A DNA stretch of 64,000 nt, taken from contig JANQNE010000011.1 of NCBI GenBank assembly GCA_028279725.1, positions 25,872-89,871 on the forward strand, in the 5' to 3' direction. The notes beneath the pieces are model-generated. The model saw only the letters and a list, made by a program, of their open reading frames with translations. It was not told the origin of the DNA and searched no databases. How positions within the stretch are numbered: the stretch's first letter is position 1; the number at the start of each line of letters is the position of its first letter. The stretch comes from Candidatus Nanoarchaeia archaeon. Its GTDB lineage: Archaea > Nanobdellota > Nanobdellia > Woesearchaeales > JANQNE01. Made by a program: the position numbers and the translations under genes. Shown here piece by piece: positions 45,213-54,503 of this stretch.

Positions 45213-46617
45213 TAGTCCCAGTATAGATCTTCACCTGCACAGCGGTTTTTCTGTCGATAATGAAAATATCTCTCCTGAGGAATGGGCTGAATTTATCTAT
45301 AAAGTAAAGGAGAGCAGGCTTCCTGGACTGAAAGGGATAGCCTTGACTGACCATAACAACATGGTAGGAGTTGAGCCTAATCTTGATGCACTTAGAAAGC
45401 TAGAGAGAAGGAAAGGAGTTGAGCCTTTAGAGTTTATCCCCGGTGTTGAATGCGCTCTTGAGCATGAGAATGTTTCTGCACATATAATTGCTTATTTTGT
45501 ACCTGGCGAAAATGAGAAGATAGAAGATGCACTGCACAGGGCAACGCAGATAAATCCGCTTCTTGAGATAATCAATACTGAATTTACGAGAAGAAAATAC
45601 GGAGTTCTTGCTCTGGAGACAGCTAATGCACATATGAGAAATAAGCTAGGAGATGCTTTTGAACACCCTATCACTATAAAAGAGATGGATGCTGTGATGA
45701 GAGAAGAGCTTCCTGTTTATGAGCTTGACAACTGGATATTCAAGCCAACCTATGAAGATGGAAGTATGACAAAGAACAGGATAACTGAGCTTAACCACAG
45801 GCAGCTTGAGAAGCTTCTTTGCGGGAATCATGAATCAGGAGATATAAAAAGGAATTGGGTAGATCCAAAAGAGGCTGAGATATTGGTAAAAAGAGGAGGA
45901 GTACTCTATCCTGAAAATTTTCCAGGCTACAGTGTACTCAAAGGGATAGAGCAGATACATGAAGCAGGAGCTTTTGCAAGCTTTGCGCATCCTCAGCTTA
46001 CAATAAGGAGCCTTTGTGAAAAAAAATTAGGAAATAAGATAAAAGATGAAGGAGTTAAAGGTGGTTTGAAGCTTGATAGGGTAAAAGATATACAGATTAA
46101 GTATTCAGCTCTGGATGAGACTCTTGTAGAGTTCCAGGATTTTTTAGAGAAAGAGATGATACCAAGAGGGCTGAATGCTATCGAGCTGACAAACCATTAT
46201 TCATATCTTATGGCTGAGTTTGCATATATGACTATAAGTCTTTTGATGTTTGTTGATAATTATAACAGAAGAAATCCTAACAACAGGCTGTATGTAACTG
46301 GAGGATCTGATTTTCATAAGCCGGTAGGAAACAGAAACATAGGAACAGTAAACACAATGTGTGAGAAAGGTGTCCAGCAGCTTATCGAGATATACAGCAA
46401 GATGGACAGCGGCAGCAGGCCAAGATTTGATGAAGGGACAATAAAACAGCTTCATGAGATAATCATGACAGGAACAAGAGATATCTATACAACAGATAAC
46501 AGTGCAAATGAGTTCACCAGAGTCATACCTTACTATCAGCTAACAAGGATGAAAGAGGCAGAAAAAGATCCAAAATCAGGACTTTATCTGCTTCCAGGTT
46601 CAGTCAAGAGTGAGTGA
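45193..46617 (+). CDS. PHP-domain metal-dependent phosphoesterase with large insertions
   Basis: IDLHLHSGFS, ALTDHNNM, ECALEH...AHIIAYF, SFAHPQ, ELTNHY, TGGSDFHK. Overlaps the upstream gene by 20 nt. Confidence 0.7.
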   Translation: MPNTKLDSPSIDLHLHSGFSVDNENISPEEWAEFIYKVKESRLPGLKGIALTDHNNMVGVEPNLDALRKLERRKGVEPLEFIPGVECALEHENVSAHIIAYFVPGENEKIEDALHRATQINPLLEIINTEFTRRKYGVLALETANAHMRNKLGDAFEHPITIKEMDAVMREELPVYELDNWIFKPTYEDGSMTKNRITELNHRQLEKLLCGNHESGDIKRNWVDPKEAEILVKRGGVLYPENFPGYSVLKGIEQIHEAGAFASFAHPQLTIRSLCEKKLGNKIKDEGVKGGLKLDRVKDIQIKYSALDETLVEFQDFLEKEMIPRGLNAIELTNHYSYLMAEFAYMTISLLMFVDNYNRRNPNNRLYVTGGSDFHKPVGNRNIGTVNTMCEKGVQQLIEIYSKMDSGSRPRFDEGTIKQLHEIIMTGTRDIYTTDNSANEFTRVIPYYQLTRMKEAEKDPKSGLYLLPGSVKSE

Positions 46618-47523
46618 GATCGTCGATCCCAGCACATCATTTATCCTTTGGGCGATATTTCCAAGATATTCAAGAAGGACTATCTCTTTATCGTTCTTGT
46701 TCTTGTACAGGTCTCTTATCTTTTTTTCTACTTTCTGCCTTACTTCATTTATAGCGACTAACTTATCTTTGTCTCCGCTGTAGAATGCTTTGTAGAATTC
46801 AGAGAACATTCCGTTAACATCATTGTATAGAGTAACTGCTTCTTTGCTTATCTTTGTCTTTGCATCTGCATTTTTTGACAAGAATTCTGCAAGATGGTAG
46901 TATTCATCTCCTATACTTTCGATAGACCAGACGATCACATACATGAATGTTGTCTTCTTATAATCTTTGAAGCCTTTTGTGTTAAGGATCCTTTCACAGA
47001 AGTTTGTAAGCTTGTTAACTGTTACCTCTAAAACTTTTATATCTTTTAGTTTTTCAAAATTATTATTTTTTATAGCTTCAAAGCTGCTTTCAGCCATAGA
47101 CTGTATGACCAAAAATACTCTTCTTAATGTAGGGTCAAATTCGCTTTCAAGATCCTGTGATAAGTTTCTGACTAGGCATCTGTTTCCAGACTGCTCTATG
47201 ATCGCATAGCCCATAAGACCTTCCTGGATAGTTGACTGGATTATCTCCAATATCTTAGGATCTGTGAATTTTATCTCAACTTCGTCGTAGCCGCTTTTAT
47301 GGACAGCGAACAATGACCATCTTACTAAGTGAGGATTTAGGTTAGAAACATCTAATGAGATCTTTTTCATCTCGATCCCTTTTGGAGTTGTGATAGTAAG
47401 ATTACTTCCTTCTTCCTTTATATCTAGCTCATCTCCTTTCTTTATGTTGTGTTTTTGAGCCCATTTTCTAGGCAAGGATACTAGCTGTGTACTGTCTGCG
47501 ATCTGTATAACTTTTCTTTTCAT
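46600..47523 (-). CDS. AbrB/SpoVT-domain + PhoU-domain regulator (archaeal phosphate-uptake-regulator type)
   Basis: N-terminal IQIADSTQLVSLPRKWAQKHNIKKGDELDI (AbrB swapped-hairpin) followed by a helical PhoU-like repeat region. Confidence 0.65.
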   Translation of the reverse strand: MKRKVIQIADSTQLVSLPRKWAQKHNIKKGDELDIKEEGSNLTITTPKGIEMKKISLDVSNLNPHLVRWSLFAVHKSGYDEVEIKFTDPKILEIIQSTIQEGLMGYAIIEQSGNRCLVRNLSQDLESEFDPTLRRVFLVIQSMAESSFEAIKNNNFEKLKDIKVLEVTVNKLTNFCERILNTKGFKDYKKTTFMYVIVWSIESIGDEYYHLAEFLSKNADAKTKISKEAVTLYNDVNGMFSEFYKAFYSGDKDKLVAINEVRQKVEKKIRDLYKNKNDKEIVLLEYLGNIAQRINDVLGSTISLTLD

Positions 47524-47676
47524 TTTAAAGCACCCCTCTGTTTTTGATAATTTATATGGAGGTTTTGCTACATTTATAAGTCTTTCGGTTTTATATAAAT
47601 TTTATATATTATAAGAATTAATTATAAATAGCACGGAATAACTCCAACGTTTATAAAACCTTTAAGGAGGGATAAA

Positions 47677-47826
47677 ATGGAGATACCTGATGACTGGAAT
47701 GAAGAAAATGAAGATACCATCTATTCAGAGGATGGAAGAGAAAGTTTAGTAGATAGTGAAGCTATGACACCAGAAGAAGCTGCATTTATGCAGGGTTATA
47801 GTGAAGCTGAAGAAGAGCTTGAATAA
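47677..47826 (+). CDS. small acidic protein, paralog 1 (49 aa)
   Basis: TATA tttataaaa and SD AGGAGGG upstream. MEIPDDWNEENEDTIYSEDGRESLVDSEAMTPEEAAFMQGYSEAEEELE. Below the ORF-track cutoff. Confidence 0.6.
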   Translation: MEIPDDWNEENEDTIYSEDGRESLVDSEAMTPEEAAFMQGYSEAEEELE

Positions 47827-47942
47827 GTGTTTTTTTATATAATTCTTATACGTTTTATAAAATTTAATGGGTAATTATATATATTTGCTTCTATTACTAC
47901 CTCTTATCCAAGGTTAAAATACTATAAATGGGGTGGGGTTGA

Positions 47943-48092
47943 ATGAAAATAATAAAATCAAATTGGATAGATGAGTTAGAGGGTGAGAACTTAAGCGTTT
48001 ATTCTGAAGACGGCAGAGATATGCTTGTAGACGATGATGAGATGACATTAGAGGAAGCTGGCTTTATGCAAGGCTGGGATGAAGCAGGTTAA
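47943..48092 (+). CDS. small acidic protein, paralog 2 (49 aa)
   Basis: SD GGGGTGGGG upstream. MKIIKSNWIDELEGENLSVYSEDGRDMLVDDDEMTLEEAGFMQGWDEAG. Confidence 0.6.
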   Translation: MKIIKSNWIDELEGENLSVYSEDGRDMLVDDDEMTLEEAGFMQGWDEAG

Positions 48093-48105
48093 GGGGGTGA
48101 GTGAG

Positions 48106-48225
48106 ATGAGAATAATAGATGATTGGGATGAAGAGCTTAAGGGAGCATTTTTCAAGGAGAAAGGGCTTCATGTAGATGATGAAGATGTGTGGTTTGAGGA
48201 TCTTTTTCCAGAAAAAGCTAGCTGA
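48106..48225 (+). CDS. small acidic protein, truncated/diverged paralog 3 (39 aa)
   Basis: SD GGGGGTGAGTGA upstream. MRIIDDWDEELKGAFFKEKGLHVDDEDVWFEDLFPEKAS shares the IxDDWxEE N-terminus with paralog 1. Confidence 0.4.
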   Translation: MRIIDDWDEELKGAFFKEKGLHVDDEDVWFEDLFPEKAS

Positions 48226-48270
48226 CAGCGCTTAACAAATTTTTTATAGTTTAAAATTTACTAGTTCTAG

Positions 48271-48510
48271 ATGGATAAAGAGGAAAATATGGATATTTCT
48301 GAGCATAAGAGGGTAAAGAGGTATTTTGAGGAAGAGCTGAAGAGAAGGGATAAGATAATCGATAGATTAAAGGAAGAAAAACGTGTTATTCTAGATTCTT
48401 CGTTCAAAAAAGAAGAGGAAAGGGCTAAACTTAGAGAACAGCTGGATAAACTGCATAAAAGCCATCAAAACCTCTTGAATAGGGTAAAGAAGGATAAAGA
48501 AAGGAGATAG
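48271..48510 (+). CDS. small basic coiled-coil protein
   Basis: 79 aa, K/R/E-rich heptad-like sequence (EEELKRRDKIIDRLKEEKR...). Sits inside the acidic-protein island. Confidence 0.45.
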   Translation: MDKEENMDISEHKRVKRYFEEELKRRDKIIDRLKEEKRVILDSSFKKEEERAKLREQLDKLHKSHQNLLNRVKKDKERR

Positions 48511-48585
48511 AATTCTATTTTGTTTTTGGTAAAAAGAAAGACTTAAAAATAATATAATCTTTATCGGTGCTCAGAGGGTGAAATA

Positions 48586-48759
48586 ATGAGAGATGATTAT
48601 AAGGAAGAGATTGAGGAAGAGAATGTATATAGTGAAGGCGGTAGAGAGAGCAATCTAGATGATGATGAGATATCGGGCAGTGAAGAAGCATTTATGCGTG
48701 GATATGATGATGCTGAAGAGTATGATGACGGAGATTACTCTGAAAGCGAAGAAGAATAA
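48586..48759 (+). CDS. small acidic protein, paralog 4 (57 aa)
   Basis: SD AGAGGGTGA upstream. MRDDYKEEIEEENVYSEGGRESNLDDDEISGSEEAFMRGYDDAEEYDDGDYSESEEE. Confidence 0.6.
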   Translation: MRDDYKEEIEEENVYSEGGRESNLDDDEISGSEEAFMRGYDDAEEYDDGDYSESEEE

Positions 48760-48761
48760 GA

Positions 48762-48857
48762 GTGCATATTGCGCTACGTACTAATTCTGTTTTTTGACTG
48801 ATTTCAGATTCCAGTGTCATAGATATTTACCTGAGTACTTCGCTTGCCAATATGCAC
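48762..48857. ncRNA. conserved ~95-nt hairpin element, copy B (candidate structured RNA)
   Basis: 10-bp closing helix GTGCATATTG:CAATATGCAC, inner helix GTACT:AGTAC, blocks GCTACGT, TTTCAGATTCCAGT and GAGTACTTCGCTTG. Begins 3 nt after a stop codon. Confidence 0.6.
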
Positions 48858-48904
48858 CAGAATAAACAAAAGATTTATTAAATAAATAACTAATTCTTTT
48901 AAAT

Positions 48905-49603
48905 ATGAAAATTAATATTCAAAAAGAGGTATTTGATAAGTTAGATGGATTTAGTGTAGGTGTTGTTGTTTCTAAAGGTGTTGACAATAAGGTTGAAGAG
49001 AAAAGGATCGCTAAGCTTGTTTCTGAAGTTGAGAATATGATCAGGATGGATTTTATACCTGAGGAAGTTGCTAAGCATCAGCTGATATCCCCATGGAAAG
49101 CAGCATATTTTGATTTTGATGAAAGACCGAAAGGAATGCATAGCTCTGTTGAGAAGCTTATGAAAGCTGTTCTTGATGGAAAGAATATATTAGTTGTGAA
49201 TAAGCTTAAGGATATTGCAAATTATCTTTCTCTTAAACATATCATACCTGTAAGTATCCATGATTCAAGGATGTTCAACGGAGATATTGCTATTAAGAAA
49301 GCTGCTGCAAGAGAGCATTTCAAAGTTATAGGAAAGGATGTGAAGCATCCTGCTAAAGGAGAGATTATCATCAAAGATAAACTAGAAGTCTTGTGCAGGA
49401 AGTTCGGGCTTGAGAAAGCAGAGAAGACCAGATTGAGAAAAGATACAAAAGATGTTGTTGTATTTGTGTTTGGACTTAAGCCAATATCTGGAAAGAAATT
49501 AGTTGAAGTGTGCAAGGATATGTCTGGAATGCTTGATTCATTTTGTGGTGGAGAGAGCAAGTATTACATATTGAACAAAAATAATTCTGAAGTTGATGTT
49601 TAA
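48905..49603 (+). CDS. standalone B3/B4 (PheRS-beta-like tRNA-binding) domain protein
   Basis: ISPWKAAYFDF, HSSVEKLMKAVLDGK...VVNKLKDIANYLSLKHIIPVSIHD, PAKGEIIIKD, VLCRKF. Matches the COG3382-type pattern. Confidence 0.55.
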   Translation: MKINIQKEVFDKLDGFSVGVVVSKGVDNKVEEKRIAKLVSEVENMIRMDFIPEEVAKHQLISPWKAAYFDFDERPKGMHSSVEKLMKAVLDGKNILVVNKLKDIANYLSLKHIIPVSIHDSRMFNGDIAIKKAAAREHFKVIGKDVKHPAKGEIIIKDKLEVLCRKFGLEKAEKTRLRKDTKDVVVFVFGLKPISGKKLVEVCKDMSGMLDSFCGGESKYYILNKNNSEVDV

Positions 49604-49604
49604 A

Positions 49605-51299
49605 ATGGACAAATATGAGAAAGAAGTGCTGGATCTTCTTAAGAAAGAGCTGAAAAAGGAGGTTAGTCTATCTAGACCGCCTGACAGCGCTATGGGAGAT
49701 TATGCTTTTCCGTGCTTTGTTCTTGCTAAAGACATGAAGAAAGCTCCTAATGTAATTGCTGAAGAGCTTGCTGGAAAGCTTAAAGTTTCTGGGAATATAG
49801 AGAGGATAGAATCTAAAGGGCCTTATCTGAATTTTTTTATGAAGAAAGGAAGTGTTGCTTCTGATGCATTGAAGAAGATCTTTAAAGATGGAGCAGAGTT
49901 TGGAAGAGTTTCTGGAAAGAAAAAGGTTGTTATAGAATATCCCGGACCTAATACAAATAAGCCATTGCACTTAGGGCATGTAAGGAATATGGCTTTGGGT
50001 TATTCTATGAGCAGGATACTTTCTGCTGCAGGAAATAATGTTATTACTGTGAATATCAATAATGACAGAGGGATACATATATGTAAATCTATGCTTGCTT
50101 ACAAAAAATGGGGAAAGAATGATTCTCCTGAAAAATCAAAGATGAAGAGTGATTTTTTTGTTGGAAAGTATTATGTCAAGTTTGCTGAAGAGCTTAAGAA
50201 GAATCCTGATCTTGAGAATGAAGCTTTAGAGATGCTGGAGAAGTGGGAGCAAGGTGATAAAGAAGTTGTTGCTCTCTGGAAAAAGATGAACAAATGGGCT
50301 TTTGATGGATTCAAAAAGACGTATAAAACATTTGATGTTAAGTTTGAGAAAGAATATTTTGAAAGCGAGACATATAAGAAAGGAAAAGATATTGTCATGG
50401 ATGGATTGAAGAAAGGAATCTTTGAGAAAGATGAGGATGGAGCTGTTGTAGCTGATCTTGAGAAAGAAGGGTTTGGAAAGAAAGTTTTGTTAAGGGCTAA
50501 TGGAACAACTGTTTATGTTACGCAAGATCTTTTTTTAGCTAAGCAGAAATTTGATGATTTTAAGTATGATAAGTCTATATATGTTGTTGCAACAGAGCAG
50601 AACTATCATTTTAAAGTTCTGTTTACTTTATTGAAGAAGCTTAATTTTCCTTTTGCTGATAAATGCCATCATTTTGCTTATGGAATGGTCAATCTGACTA
50701 CAGGAAAGATGAAGTCCAGAGAGGGAACAGTTGTTGATGCTGATAATCTTGTCGATGAGATGGTTGCAATTGCAAAAGAAGAGACTAAGAAAAGGCATAA
50801 GGATATTTCTGAGAAGGAGTTAGATAAGAGAGCTAAGCAGATCGCTATGGCAGCTATAAGATTTTATTTGCTTAAGAGTGATTCTATCAAAGATATACTG
50901 TTTGACCCTAAGGAATCTATATCTTTTGAAGGAGAGACTGGGCCTTATGTTCAGTATGTTCATGCAAGATGTTGTAGTGTTTTGAAGAAAGCTAAACTGG
51001 AAGTTGATGCTAAGGTTGATTTTGAGCTGTTGAAAGAAAAGCAGGAGCAAGAACTGGTCAGTATGCTGAATGAATTTCCATCAGTTGTTGCAAACAGTGC
51101 AAAGAATTATAAACCTTCATTGATTACAAGATATTTATTGGATCTTTGCCAGTCATTCAACAATTTTTATCATTGTTTTCCTGTGATACAGGATGATAAG
51201 AAATTAGAGAAAGCAAGATTACTGCTTGTTGATTGCGTAAGGTCTGTTGTTGAGAACGGCTTGGATCTTCTGGGGATAGAAGCTCCGAGAACTATGTAA
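49605..51299 (+). CDS. argS: arginyl-tRNA synthetase
   Basis: Start at MDKYEKEV, directly after the upstream stop. EYPGPNTNKPLHLGHVRN (HIGH region), the anticodon-binding C-terminus and terminal RTM. Confidence 0.9.
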   Translation: MDKYEKEVLDLLKKELKKEVSLSRPPDSAMGDYAFPCFVLAKDMKKAPNVIAEELAGKLKVSGNIERIESKGPYLNFFMKKGSVASDALKKIFKDGAEFGRVSGKKKVVIEYPGPNTNKPLHLGHVRNMALGYSMSRILSAAGNNVITVNINNDRGIHICKSMLAYKKWGKNDSPEKSKMKSDFFVGKYYVKFAEELKKNPDLENEALEMLEKWEQGDKEVVALWKKMNKWAFDGFKKTYKTFDVKFEKEYFESETYKKGKDIVMDGLKKGIFEKDEDGAVVADLEKEGFGKKVLLRANGTTVYVTQDLFLAKQKFDDFKYDKSIYVVATEQNYHFKVLFTLLKKLNFPFADKCHHFAYGMVNLTTGKMKSREGTVVDADNLVDEMVAIAKEETKKRHKDISEKELDKRAKQIAMAAIRFYLLKSDSIKDILFDPKESISFEGETGPYVQYVHARCCSVLKKAKLEVDAKVDFELLKEKQEQELVSMLNEFPSVVANSAKNYKPSLITRYLLDLCQSFNNFYHCFPVIQDDKKLEKARLLLVDCVRSVVENGLDLLGIEAPRTM

Positions 51300-51312
51300 A
51301 AAGAGGTGTAAG

Positions 51313-52539
51313 ATGTTTGATCAGATAATAGTATTGGTTATATTGATCTTACTTTCTGGATTCTTTTCTGGAGTAGAGATAGCCCTGTTTTCATTGAGTA
51401 AACTGAAGCTTAGGCATATGGTAGAGAAGAAAGTTATGAATGCGCATATCATCCAGAAGCTTAAAGATAACCCTCAGAGGTTGTTGATCACTATACTTAT
51501 AGGGAATAATGTTGTGAATATATTAGCAAGCGTTTATGCGACAACTGTTGCTATCAGCATGTCTGAAAGCAATGTAGTCGGTATTGTTACTGGAGTTATG
51601 ACTTTCCTGATATTGGTGTTTGGAGAGATAATACCAAAGAGTGTTGCAACAACACACTCACAGATAATATCGCAGATTGTTGCAAAGCCTATTTTATGGA
51701 TGCAATATCTTTTGTTTCCTCTGATAATCGTGTTTGAAGTGATCGCTAAGCTTGGAACTTTGGTTTTTGGGAAGAAGGATATCCCAATTGTTACTGAAGA
51801 AGAGGTTAAGAGCATAATTGCAGCTGGTGAAGAGGAAGGAGAGATCAAGGAAGCAGAGAAAGAGATGATAGAGAGGGTTTTTAAGTTTGATGATGTCAGT
51901 GCAGATGAGATAATGACTCCAAGGAATGATATGATTGTTGTCAGCAGGAAGGCAAGCTTAAGTGAAGCTGTGAAGAAGATGATGAGGAGCGGATTTTCAA
52001 GGCTGCCAGTATATGAAAAGACAAGAGATAAAATCGTAGGAATCGTCCATCTTAAGGATGTTGTTGATGTTATGAAGAACAAGAAGAAAAAGGTTGAGAC
52101 TATAATGAAAGAACCTGATTTTGTCCCTGAATCAAAGAAGACGGATAATCTTTTGAAGCATTTTCAGAGGAAAAAATCACATATGTCGCTTGTTGTTGAT
52201 GAGCATGGTATTGTCCAGGGGTTAGTCACTCTTGAAGATGTTTTGGAAGAGATTGTCGGTGAGATACTGGATGAAAGAGATAAGGTTGAGCCTGATCTTA
52301 CCAAGATAAAAAGGAATGAATGGCTTGTTATGGGGAAGATGGATGTTGATGATTTCTTCAAGAAGTTCAAGATAAGGAAAGTTAAAGAGCCGGATTATGA
52401 GACAGCAGGCGGTTATGTTATAAGCAGGCTTGGATTTATACCTGAGAAAGGGGATGTTTTAGACCTTAAGAATTTCAGGATAACTGTAGAAGAGATGAAG
52501 GCTCAGAGGCTGTGCAGCTTTAAGATTGTGAAGAAGTAG
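51313..52539 (+). CDS. CNNM/HlyC-CorC family membrane protein (DUF21 + CBS pair + CorC_HlyC)
   Basis: N-terminal TM helices with GEIIPKS, a CBS pair (MTPRNDMIVV...; RLPVYE...IVGIVHLKD), and HMSLVVDEHGIVQGLVTLEDVLEEIVGEI. Confidence 0.85.
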   Translation: MFDQIIVLVILILLSGFFSGVEIALFSLSKLKLRHMVEKKVMNAHIIQKLKDNPQRLLITILIGNNVVNILASVYATTVAISMSESNVVGIVTGVMTFLILVFGEIIPKSVATTHSQIISQIVAKPILWMQYLLFPLIIVFEVIAKLGTLVFGKKDIPIVTEEEVKSIIAAGEEEGEIKEAEKEMIERVFKFDDVSADEIMTPRNDMIVVSRKASLSEAVKKMMRSGFSRLPVYEKTRDKIVGIVHLKDVVDVMKNKKKKVETIMKEPDFVPESKKTDNLLKHFQRKKSHMSLVVDEHGIVQGLVTLEDVLEEIVGEILDERDKVEPDLTKIKRNEWLVMGKMDVDDFFKKFKIRKVKEPDYETAGGYVISRLGFIPEKGDVLDLKNFRITVEEMKAQRLCSFKIVKK

Positions 52540-53023
52540 CAAAACAAAGCAAAGCATAGAACCCTTCCTTGTTCTGCAATAATATATTCTCAGTTGATTG
52601 TCTTGTTGATTTTTCTCTTTTTATCTCTCTGAAATGTTTTTCCGCTATCTTTGATAGATCGTTAAATGTCTTTAGGCTTCCACTCCTTTTCTTAAAGAGC
52701 AATGCATTGGTAAGATCGTCAGGGCTGTTAAAGTCCTTTATAGTTGGACTGTTGTATTCTTCAGAGTGTATGAATTTCATATAAGGATATTCTGGGTTGG
52801 AGATGTTCGGGGTTATTCTGTTGCCTATCTTTGTAGTATGGACAAAATGCCCGTCCTTCCTGGATAAAGTCCTTATGCAGAGGTTGTTTCCTGAATCAAC
52901 CATATAAGCACAGGAGATCATACCTTCACATAATGCAGTTGCATGCGATTCAGAAGAAGAATATATGTGGAAGTGATCTGTCCTTCTATCCCTCGCCGGA
53001 AGCTTAAGTAATCTGTATCTCAT
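52520..53023 (-). CDS. hypothetical protein
   Basis: 167-aa ORF whose 3' end overlaps the convergent gene by 20 nt. No recognisable motif. Confidence 0.4.
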   Translation of the reverse strand: MRYRLLKLPARDRRTDHFHIYSSSESHATALCEGMISCAYMVDSGNNLCIRTLSRKDGHFVHTTKIGNRITPNISNPEYPYMKFIHSEEYNSPTIKDFNSPDDLTNALLFKKRSGSLKTFNDLSKIAEKHFREIKREKSTRQSTENILLQNKEGFYALLCFATSSQS

Positions 53024-53075
53024 CTTTGCTTTTAGTGTGTTTTTCTTTAAAAAAGTAACTATTTTAAAATGCTAA

Positions 53076-54496
<1,421 letters not shown>

Positions 54497-54503
54497 TTCT
54501 TGT

